A DNA stretch of 20,000 nt from Trypethelium eluteriae (Eukaryota): positions 59,167 to 79,166 of the forward strand of contig JAVECL010000043.1 in the NCBI GenBank assembly GCA_051942245.1, written 5' to 3'. This document shows, one piece after another, positions 1 to 10,613 of this stretch (position 1 is its first letter; every line of letters starts with the position of its first letter). Both the position numbers and the translations under genes were made by a program. The notes beneath the pieces were generated by a model. The model was given only the letters and a program-made list of their open reading frames with translations, was not told the DNA's origin and did not search any database.

Positions 1-306
1 CTACTGGGTGGGGATCCTCTATCTGGGCTGAGATAACCACCTCCCGCGATGGCTTAGCGTCTGGCGGGAACTCGTACTCGCATCTTTCGATGTTGGCATA
101 ATGTCTGGCACAAGGCCCACATAGCGGTCGTTGTTCATCGCACTATAGCAAGTTAACGGCTCCGAATGGTTCTTTGCGGTTGACGATTCGGTAAATGTGC
201 AGACCTTTACTTTCCTTGCCTTACAGTTTTTGCATCCTTTTCTCGATTTTTTGTGAGCTCTCCTTGGATATGGCCCAGATGTGTCGTGTGAGCTCATCTG
301 ATCCAT
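1..306 (-). CDS. Zn(II)2Cys6 (GAL4-type) transcription factor, Upc2/sterol-uptake-control-like N-terminus; 3' end runs off the window
   Basis: Exon 306-205, intron 204-143 (GTCTGC...GTTAAC...TAG, 62 nt), exon 142-<1. The splice gives MDQMSSHDTSGPYPRRAHKKSRKGCKNCKARKVK|CDEQRPLCGPCARHYANIERCEYEF, a complete C-x2-C-x6-C-x6-C-x2-C-x9-C cluster. The RRxHxKSRxGC lead-in is typical of Upc2-like fungal factors. The start could be ATG 306 or ATG 297. Confidence 0.92.
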
Positions 307-3300
307 GCTTCTAAGACTTGCAGCGCCTGCTATTGACACGAAAGCTCGCAAGTCCTTTACGAATCCAATTGAAAGCTTCTGTCGTGATTGCCTAGCGTCG
401 CTACATCAGCAGTCTCTTGACTCGGGACACGATCAGAAATGCTGTAGAGAGCCTATGAGAACGAGTGTCATTGAATTCGTAAAACTCCGGATAGCTCGCA
501 TGAGTAGTATGGAGGATGACCCTAGGAGATGGCTTGACAAGTGAGGATGTGATGCATCATCGTCTGTTGGAAGGTAATTAGTGACTTCATGGTAAGAAGA
601 TAGTTTTGTAACATCGTGTCCGTGCAGATTATGGAAGTAATGAGCTTTTGGAAAGGTAAACATATCTCCCGGCTGTCCTTGAGAGAGGCTATTTCCCTAA
701 CACCTGCTGATTTCCTGAGAATTCTCGCTTGCCTGAACATCAAGGAAGAACGTCGAAGCATACTAGCGAGAATCTTGCCTACGTATTGATAGACCACCAG
801 CGAAAAACGTCTAGCACAGAGTAATGGTACAGCAGTTCAAGACAGAGAATGAAGTAGTACGGTACGTCTTGCGATCCTATTGTTCCTACTTACCGAGTAA
901 AATCATGACCAATAGCCAGGTTCAGCATAGTCTTATGAACATCAACGTGCCAGTCTAGTACAAGAGTGTACCACGGAACCCAAAAGCAATGACAGAAAAG
1001 TAGAGGTGATTGGTCAAAGATACGCGAGTGTCATCTCATCGTACCAAAGTCGCGAGTCAACTTCGGAGAATCATTCTTCCATTCCGTGTTAATCTCTCTT
1101 CTCTTACCGTGCCGTTTATCTCTATCTCAACCCAGCGCTGCTCGAATCATCTGCATGATCTCCATTTCCACGAGAGAAAGGTAGACAGGTCTCGCAAGCT
1201 TTGCAAAGAGCTAGCAGCGCTGCATGCTGCAAGTACGCTGTTCCTTGCAATGCAAGCTCCACCGCTGTACTGGCAGGCTGAAGGCTAGCGAAGGTCGCTT
1301 AAAGCTCAACCCACAAGGCTTGTCCTCGGTCGCTGGGATTTTTGGATTCCAACTTCCGAGCCTATGCTTCAGGGTAGATGTTAGCGAGCTTACCTTTTTG
1401 TTTTTCTTCTTTACCGCCACATACGACAAATATTGCGAACCCGTCCAGCTGAGCCAATCCTTCGGAACAATACTCAGTTCTGACCTTCCAGAGAGCGGAG
1501 GTGCTTGGCTGAGCATAGTCCTATGCGTCTCTCTCTCAATAGAATATCTCACGTTCTTCTGACTTACGCGGCCCTGACCACTCACATGATTTGTGAGCTG
1601 GCTCGTACCTGTAATTATCCTCACGAACAAGGGATCATCGGTCCGAACCCTTAACTTATCAGAGACTTGGGACCCTGTGCTTCAAGCAGAACCTTGGAGA
1701 GGTCTCGGAAGCAGGCCGCCGCGAGCAATTCGACTCAAAATGAGCTGTCGGAAATGATCAGGTCCTGTGCAAAGTATCGAACCTCTTCGTATCCGATCAG
1801 TTCATGGTCGGACATTTGGTCTCTAGTGACGTCTGAAAAGCTGTCAGTATGACTGCTGCTAATGTGGCTGTCTGTAGGTAGGAGCTTAGCTGTTCTTCGT
1901 AAAAAGGGGCAATCATGTGAGAAGACGGTACCGACTGACTGGGTCGGGTAACGATCTACCGTCAAACTTGGGGCGTAGGATTCCCAGAAACTATTGTTAT
2001 TAGGTTCTATGCAAACCCTATCACCTGGAATAGCACACAATTCGCCAAGCAGATATGGTCACGAGAGAGATGGCATGCAACTCTCTCGCTGTGTAATTCA
2101 TGGACAATCTTTTTTGACTACTGTATCCAGAAAGCATGAGTGAGAGGCAACAAAATTCTCCGAGAACGTCACCATACCCGGTTGAGCAATCCGAAAAGCC
2201 GAATAATCCGATGTCATTTTGCATGCCTCGTACGGCAAATGGGGGCTAGAGAAGTGTTCTGCAGAGCTGACAGCATAAGAGGCTACTAACAATAAACCTT
2301 TTCTGAGAAGGTATAGTATAGTTTCGCAACTGCATATTAGGAAGGATTGGCGATCTAGGGTCCCTCGCTTTTTACATTCGCCACAGTCTTGTTTCGTAGG
2401 TGCAGGCAGGCAGGATAATTGTGAATGCTCTCTAACGCACAGTAATCCTCGAGGAAATGCTCTTATGCTCTAAGTGCTTGCTTTGAGCTCGGAATTCTCC
2501 TCCGAAATGATTTTCGTGGGTTTCCAGCGAGGATACTGCTGCTTTCACAGAGCCTTGCTACCTTCTTTTCTGAGTTGAATTCTTATGTTTTGTAGAATAG
2601 GAGGATGCCATATTCAGATGAGAGCAAGATTACGAGAGCTAGAAGAAAGTAAAGTTTGGAGCTTTGCGGTACGTTGTGTTTGCTGATGATCACTGATGGA
2701 GCGACTAACAAGACGACGACTAAGTTAACGTATCGAGAAAAGAGGAGATTGACAGCACTTCAAAATCGCGACACTAAGAGGGTTTTGTCTAATCTGAGTT
2801 GCGTTGTAATGTAATTATTGGTTCGTTTTGGGTCTACATTCTTCGGAATGATAGGTACTCTCTGGACCTCAAATACAGAAGTGGCAAGTTTATACTCTTT
2901 CCCAAGTCCTGGTAAAGCTGTGAAGAATACGCGAGGGCTGAAGTAGATGTGCAAAGCAAACGAGCGCATGGTTTGTCAGGATTGTCCCATCTTTGGTGGG
3001 TTGGATTTTAAGTTTCAAGGCTATTTTTGTCAAAAGCCCCTAAAATCAAGCCGCGCCGGTGATGAGCTATATATTTGGCGATACACATATTGGTACTTTT
3101 TGAAGATACCTATGTGAGAGAAGCTCAAATTTACTCACGCTTTCAGCTAAAGCAAAGATGTTACCTGGCAATATCGGCTGCAACATAGATCACGATAGAA
3201 CGCCCGAGGAGAAGCTTCAAATTGAGTGGGTGCCACTTGAGGATAGGTGGGAAATGAATATGCGCGAAATGCATACAACAAGTGAGCTAATGCTATTCCT

Positions 3301-5257
3301 AGGCGCTGTCACTGCAGTTCCCATGCATCATCTTAGCTGCGCGTCATCGCCAGAGGCGGTGGCTCGAGTCAATGAGCCGCAGAGCGATACTTTTCGAACT
3401 TCCTTGTCCCTTCTGTACTGCGCGTCTCTGCGTTTAATGACAATCTGCAATGCAGAAGCAGTAGAAACGCATTCTGCACATGACAATACATTGGCAGTTT
3501 CGATCCAGTCAAGGCGACTTCGATCGCTGACATGGACCAGGAAAAGTCTGGTAGTCCCTCTGCACGAGAGACCCTGCTACATGCGAACCCACTTTATTGT
3601 CTCATCGTACCAAGAATCTCGGACGCTTGAAAGCCACATGGTATAGGATCGTATATATCTATTTCTCGGACGTTGTGTAATCCCAAGCGCAATGGCCAGA
3701 TTACTTTCCTACCGCAAGATATCGGCCAAATGTGAGATCGTATCTCTGCTGTTGGTGTTCTTCTGTTGAGCGCCTGCGACCCAAATTTTCTGAAAGGTGT
3801 GGTGTGTGGCACAGGGCAGTGATTATGCCTACTCCCTAACCTATCAAGGGTAGTGAAGGCTGCATGTACTCCCGCATCCACTAGGTACAGTACCCCTGCA
3901 CCCCACTTCGAGCGCCATGCCACGATCATTCAGATGATTCACATCGTATCGCTTGACTGTTCAGCTTTTCGCCTGGAGCGGCTCAGCCCGTTCTGCGTCG
4001 CGGGAAGACACCGGATCATGACCGCACCGGTATGGTTTCAGAGGGAAATCATAGGACGGCTGCGGGGGCGGAAGGAAGCGGTTTGTCTAACGTAAGCTGC
4101 GGGGAGACGAGAGGCATTTACGAGGCCACAGAGGCAGCGGTTAAGGTGTTGTGGGCATGGATCGCCGGTTGAGGGTGTCGAGAGGTGTCAATCACTCAAC
4201 TGGCCGTGAATTCCTCTGCTTGATACGGCACATTGGACAACCAGTCCTGGCTGATCAGACATTAGGGCGATAAAGGGGACCAAATTCTCGAATCCTGTCG
4301 GCAAACCCGAGAAGCAAGGGATTGGTGACGGCCTTTCCTCTCATCTTATTTGCTATGCTCTACAGTCAAACTCGATGTCACAAGCGACGAAACTGCATAG
4401 AAGGCAGCTGGGAACACAGTCGTTGTCTGTCATTGGTAGATAATCAAGGAGTGGCCGGCCCAACTACGTGGTTCGAGAGCAGTCTGCGAGTCGTCAAAGG
4501 GCCAGGGAAACACGGGTACGCAAGCGTTGCGCCTTCTCCAATGATCAGGGATTGTGAAAGGTCAAATCAAGAACGGCGGTCGATCCTCTCTCCGGATCCG
4601 TTCCGTGCCTCCCGTAGCCTGATTGCTCAGGGAAATGACGCAGTCTGCAATCGCAAGCCTTCCCCCTGGTGAAATCTTTGACGATAGGTGGAGCTATGAT
4701 ATGATAGAGCTATTATTCTGTGGCTTGCAGATCGGAAAACTTTAAACTGTGTTACTGAAGTGCCAACGGGCTTGCGGGATCAATTCGAGAATAGGAAGTC
4801 TACAATGAATTGACAGCTAGTGGTGCCGTTGTGGTTTGCCTAGCAAAGAGTCCACAGTCCGAGCTCGCACAGGTGACATTTTTAATAGCTTTTCCCCAAA
4901 TAATCGGCATCGTTGCTTAGGATATAGGTGGTTCTTTTAGAATAAACAATGGATGGTCAGCCCCATTCGAATGAAAATCCAAATGTCCGTACACGAAAGA
5001 AAGGCACAGCAAAGAGTGCGGTCGACTTTCTTCTCTGAAGGACTCTGGGTCAGGAGCAGTCGTCTTCTGAATCAACAGAATACTGTATCACGACCCGAGC
5101 GACAGTCGAAGCGAGAACAAAATGGCGAACAAGGTAGATAAAATGGAAAGTAGTGCTGTGATCCGGTTTCTGTGGAGAACTTGTTTTCATGTGAGTCGAT
5201 CATTGAATATTCATCGATACGGTGAAGCATAAGATGCTGAGATGGTGAATAAAGCGT

Positions 5258-6018
5258 CTATGCTTTTTTATCATTGATGCCCAACAACTCCACGTCACTG
5301 TGGCTTTGTCAGTGAGTGTACGAAAGCCCAAACACGGATGCAGCCTGCGATGTATTCTAGGGCATTTGAAGCTGAGAATGTGACTTACAAGACAAGCGTG
5401 GCATTCGGAGGAATATGTCCTGGGAAACCGCTGCGTAAATATACCAATTAGCTGACATGTGCAAAGTAGCAAAGCGGTCTAACGGTATTTCCAGTATACT
5501 GATTGCAGTGGGAGAAAACGTACCGTTCTCCATAGGCAAAATCACTATTGAATTATTAGCAACCGCAAAACACTAGACTGGCAAAGAAGAAAGTGCATAG
5601 TAGCTAGAGCGCTTTTGCGTACGCACCTGGAAATAGTGAGAGTGGCCTTTTCACCAAGCGACATTCCTCCATTAGCCTTCAAGATCCCATCATCCCAACC
5701 TTGACGATGGCTTTTGTTAGTTAACGAATGACGTGGAAGAGGTGCGAGTGATACCTTTAATAACACGCCCGACGCCAATAGGGGTGATAAAGTCTCCGCG
5801 GCCCACGGAAGAATCGAATCTTGCAAGGCTGTTAGAGCTTCCACTGATAGAATCTTCCGTCGTAGAGCCTGACCATGGACTTACTTTTTGCCTCTAAAGC
5901 CATTGGTCTGCTGACTGGGGTCATAAAGATATCCGGTATATTCAATGGTAACGTTGTCACCGGCTTTAGCAAAGGTCTGGCCATTTCCGGACCTGAGGGT
6001 TCTCTTGTCGACACCCAT
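5258..6018 (-). CDS. fpr1: FKBP-type peptidyl-prolyl cis-trans isomerase (FKBP12 family, FKBP1B/Fpr1B-like), 124 aa, 6 exons
   Basis: Exons 6018-5885, 5819-5755, 5699-5627, 5544-5524, 5430-5389, 5297-5258 (375 nt, phases consistent). Translation: MGVDKRTLRSGNGQTFAKAGDNVTIEYTGYLYDPSQQTNGFRGKKFDSSVGRGDFITPIGVGRVIKGWDDGILKANGGMSLGEKATLTISSDFAYGERGFPGHIPPNATLVFDVELLGINDKKA*. The FKBP hallmarks YTG, FDSS, VIKGW, AYG, IPPNATLVFDVELL are all present. Confidence 0.96.
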
Positions 6019-6219
6019 GGTGTTTTGTCTCGTGAAGATGACGAGAGACTGCTTCTAGGTACTCCGAGTTGGATATAGGGTGTACGAGAGGAATTATTGC
6101 CCGGACTAGAGAATCGAGGACGTTAAATGGACGAGATTGGAGGTTGAAGGAAGCAATCTGACTGACAATTGAAGTGATGGAAGGGCGTGAGATGATAGGA
6201 TCTATCCGAGGATCTCTAA

Positions 6220-6225
6220 TTTATA
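6220..6225 (-). promoter_or_regulatory. Probable TATA box of the FKBP gene
   Basis: TATAAA on the minus strand about 200 nt upstream of ATG 6018, followed by a pyrimidine-rich stretch typical of fungal transcription starts. Confidence 0.5.
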
Positions 6226-7248
6226 AAGGAACTCTAGCAAAGGCTCGTCTGCAATAGGTCAGAGATTGCCTGTCGATACGAGATAACAATCTCGGCTTGG
6301 ATCAACCAGCGGGACAAATCGAAGTCCGAAAAAGCAAATGGCAGATTGAAGAAGTGACTTTGCTGTGAGGGATCTGCGATGATATATGAAGAAGCGGGCT
6401 GGCTACGTAGAGGGCCCCAGGTCACTGAAGGGTGCATAGCTCCCCGGCGTCGTATCATCTCAAGACTACGCCAGGAACAGCAGATGCATGGCACCAGCTA
6501 CCTTCCGCAAGCCATTCGGCGAGGCTGAATGGTGCAGCTGTAGGGGCCGTTACCAGCCGATTGCCTGCATGTATACCGCTAGGAGGTGTGGTAACGGTGC
6601 AACTATAGCAGCAAGCACGCGGAAAAGATGCCGGAGGAAAGTTTAGCAGGGACGAGCTCGATCTTGGCGGTGTCTCGCCTAACGTGGCAAGAGCAAGATG
6701 ATGTAGTGCTAGCCGGTATGTTTGCTTTTCTCAGTGGTGGAGGCTACGGCACACCGTCGTGAAGAAAGGTATCTAGGTTCAGCGTCCGCCGGTCGGTCTG
6801 GAGGAAAGAGACGGAAGGAGTCGAGTCTCCCGCTCTCTGGAATGGAGAACGGTAATGCCGGAGGCAATTAAGTCGGTCTTGCCGGTCGTCCAGTCCGCTA
6901 TCGCTGATAGAGGAGGCTTCAGAGGGTGGGTCAAGACTATTCCTGGCATCATGAAGTCGAAGTCGCTCATCAGCCTTCTCTGGGGCCTGGGCTTAGGAGG
7001 AGACGCAGTAGCCGCCAAAATGAACGAGTCGGCGTAAAGGGCGCAATGGGACGGATAGATAGCTTCGTTAGGAGCCACTGGTGCTGAGGTGCTTAGGTAC
7101 TAGGTAGATCTGGCTTGCAGACAGGGCTGCAGCCATTAGGTTACCTAGGCTGGGAAGGCTTCGGCTCATGCGCCCTGGTCACCCCGTTCTGTGGCTGGAG
7201 CCTTGCACCTTGGCTTGACCATGGCTTGGAGCCGTGGAGCAAAGAGAA

Positions 7249-7284
7249 ACAGGCGAGACAGGCGAGACAGGCACGACAGGAGAG
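7249..7284 (+). repeat. Short tandem repeat, four imperfect copies of ACAGGCGAG
   Basis: ACAGGCGAG ACAGGCGAG ACAGGCACG ACAGGAGAG read directly from the sequence. Confidence 0.8.
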
Positions 7285-8427
7285 GGCCTCAGCGCCTCCA
7301 CTTCCCCCATTCCCGCCCTTCACACTTGCGTCACGTAAGGTATCACCTATCCTGCTCACGACCTCACACCGTCCCAATCGGCCCTTTGACCGTCTGCCCG
7401 TTCACCCCACAGAAGAACAATACATGCCGCGCGAACAGCCATTCGTAACCGGCTAATCCCGAAGGATTCCCAGCTTTTAGAGCATTCTGCATCATAATCA
7501 CTGCCAGTCCTCCACTCAGATCTGACACTGCATCGAACCCTCCACAAACCCGAGGACAGCTTGCTCGGCTAGCCTGCGGGCGGAACAAAGCATGGCGTAT
7601 CCGATGCATGGCGCGGCCTTAGTGAGAAAATTCGCAAGAACGTGGGCGTGGGTGTTAACCTGATGCTACGTAGGGGCTCCCGCATATCGATCATAAACAG
7701 CTCTCGGCTCTTCTCGAGCTGGGACCCAGGTCCATTGTCGTGTCAGCCCATTGTAGCGGTTCGGGACTTCTTCAGCCTCCCCATTGGACCCAAAACAGAG
7801 CCTAGCCTACACAGACGAGCATATCACCAGCATCACGCTGACACCCTGAATCGCATGCCGCATTACCTAACCCGGCATTTCTATCACAGTCAAAAAGCAG
7901 AGCAAGGACCATCGACCCTGGGCGGCAAATGGACGGTGTATGCTCCCTGGCAGGAGCACGAGGCTGTCACGAGGCAAACCAGTCGTACGAAAGACCTTCT
8001 TCATCAAGACAAATTAGCCTGACTAGCAGCTGCATCCGGTCGACACCCAGCTTCAACGACAATTGTTAATCCACTGAAGCTACGAAGCCAACCGGCCCTG
8101 ATCACATAAGGGAAAAAATGCAGATCGTGGCTGCCTGCAGAGAAAGCACAGGTCTCATCCTAATTGTACCGGACTAAGGCCTCCACTGGCCGCCTTCAAC
8201 TCGTGGCTAGTCGAACGCGCATTGCTCGTGGGCAGCAGAGCCTCACCCGCGCCGTGTAACGTGGGAAGGTTTCATGCAGAGCCCTGTTCCTGCTCCGGGG
8301 CGTCCCATGCTGATCTGCCGGCTATCACCGTAGATAGAAGACAATCGACACCGGCATACGTCTCGCACTGCAGTGTACCAACGATCCAGCGTATCATCCA
8401 CTTATTCAGACGCATTTCGAGTCTTTA

Positions 8428-9474
8428 TCAAGGTTCGAAGACCTTGTGTCCTTCCAGGGAGGTTACTGGCGCGTCAATGACCTGCACGCCAGGAAACCGC
8501 GGATCGAGGCCCGTCTTCCCCGTGCGCTTTAAAAAGCAGATCTCGCGGATCCCAGCTTCCCTGATCGCTGACAGCATTCTTGGGTAATTGAGTGCCACTT
8601 GTTGCACGCCGTGGCTATCGTCGGACAGCACGAACCTGCCATGCATTTCAATAAAAGCCTAACGAAGGTAAGCAATTGATTATCGAGGAGGCGGGGTGAC
8701 CCAGCTCATGGAAATGACCTACCCGACAAATTTCTACTTTTGGATAAGGCTCAGTCATGCCCTTTCGCAGCGCAGACGAATTAAGCTCCAACAGTCCGCC
8801 GTACTCTGCAATATATCGAAGGTTTCGTATTATTTTTTCCCAAATCGCGCCCCCACTATCCTTCCAGTGGCGGTTTGCATCGTCACTAAAGAGCCTGATG
8901 AGATCAAAATGCCCCACAATTGGCGGTTTCATAGCCTTGAGCATGTCCAATTGAGCATCAAAATAATCTCGGAAAACTCCCTCGTCCGCTCCTCCCGACT
9001 TGTTTCTCGCCTCTACGTACGTAGCTTTGTCATAGTCAATTGGAATCGTATGCACATGGTGTACCGACCCAACAAACATGTCCATCCTATGCTTCTTCAA
9101 CCGATCTTGCATGAGCTGAAACGACTCGTTGCGGATCCACTCCCCTTCAAAGCCCACTAAGATCTCAATCTGCCCATGATACTTTTCCCGCAGCCTCTCG
9201 GCCTCTCCAACGAATCGATCATGCAGTTCCGTCAGACTTTCCAGCGTCGAATTCTATTCATGTCCTTAGCAATTGGACACGGGAACGGAGGTACAACAAC
9301 AAATCGACTCCTGACCTCACCAGGATACCGATCCTGCTCGCCTCGAGGCATATGCTCAGTAAGAGCTAGAACCTGCATATTCTTCGAGATGGCTGTCTGA
9401 ATGACATCTTCAAGCGTATCTTTTGCATGGTCTGGACAGAATTGACCAGAGTGACTGTGGTAGGAGAAAGGCAT
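8428..9474 (-). CDS. HIS2: Histidinol-phosphate phosphatase, PHP/HisJ family (yeast His2 orthologue), ~306 aa, 3 exons
   Basis: Exons 9474-9316, 9253-8723, 8658-8428; introns of 62 and 64 nt. PHP metal-ligand motifs are intact: MPFSYHSHSGQFC, LTEHMPR, GFEGEW, GSVHHV, VGHFDLIRL, ELNSSALRKG..EPYP, LSDDSHG. Confidence 0.95.
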
Positions 9475-10613
9475 TCCGTCACCGGGACAAAAGTAGCGGT
9501 GTGATACAAGAACCTAACCGCTCTTATTGCTCATAAACGTAGTCGGTCAAGGAGTCTATTGGGAATTGCACTAAGCAAATTTATTACAACGGGAAAGAAA
9601 GTTTGTTGATCGACGGCAAACCCGGCTTCTCAACGTGGGGTGACGCGGGAGCTCTGTGGGATTCCAGCCGCGCACGTGGCCTGAACCTTGATTGACGGTC
9701 AACCCCGTAGCCCTATCTGATGGCCCAACGCTGGAGCTTCGAAAAAGAAGAAAAAGAACCAGACTTAGGAACGGAATTGCAGAGCACGAGCCGGCCAACA
9801 CAGGACCTGAACCCGCAACCTTGCCGGAATAAAGAAGTAGCGTCTGAGGTGTGGCACGCACTATGAGAATCAGACGTAGGGAGTCCAGAAATCTCTGTGG
9901 ATTGATTGGATCGTGACAATGCTACATGAACAATGAACATGAACATCCAAACAATCTTCAGGCGCGCCCCTTGAAAAGACCCTCAGGACTCGTGTTTTCG
10001 CCTCTATGATGAAAAGATTATGTCGTCAGTAACATACTCTATGTCAAATTACGACTGACCGCGAAAGGATCTCGGACTGCATGCGTGGATCAACTCAACG
10101 TGTCTCCAGGACAACCTATAAGCCGGCACATATTAAAGCCCGACCTCTTGCGGCAATAGAGGCTGGTATGAAGCTCGACCGGGTAAGGTAATCCGTTCGC
10201 AGCGAGTTTGTCAAGACATTGCTCAATATTCCGAATTTGGTCGATTAAACTCTAGTAGTAGACATGGCAGAAAGTCTTGTCGGGTACCTTCTAGTGTTTC
10301 CATTCATTCGTCAAAGCTGTTTTGAAGCAACTTAGTTCATCTCCATTGGTTCTACTTCGAAATAGCACAACAAGCGTGCTACATAGTCTAGAAGGTTTCC
10401 CGAAGACACGTCGTGCATGCGTTATGTGCGTGATTTCAGAGCGAATCTATGGAACGAAGGATTCAACCATAAAGCAACATTAGGCGTCACATGCATGCAG
10501 ACCACCGGCAATCCCGAGATCTCCATGGGTATCCGCAGCAATGCTCAAGCAAAGAATCGCAGCAATTCTGTAGAAACTCCCCAGCATGCATACATTCCCT
10601 TCGAATCCCTTCT

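Noticed and set aside
1770..1790. GGTTCGA T-loop-like motif (also near 4470 and 7535) as tRNA
   Set aside because: No proper T-stem or cloverleaf surrounds any of them.
3158..3646. 162-aa plus-strand ORF
   Set aside because: No recognisable motif and composition looks like random translation. Removing the apparent intron (about 3225-3302) gives an early stop.
5545..6014. Minus-strand ORFs 5545-5844 and 5832-6014 as separate proteins
   Set aside because: They are out-of-frame or intron read-through pieces of the spliced FKBP gene.
10006..10058. Box C (ATGATGA) ... box D (CTGA) pair suggesting a C/D snoRNA
   Set aside because: Span is only about 50 nt, there is no terminal stem, and I cannot match the guide to any rRNA sequence I know.
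9475..10400. Gcn4/CpcA site expected upstream of HIS2
   Set aside because: I did not see a TGACTC/GAGTCA match in this interval.
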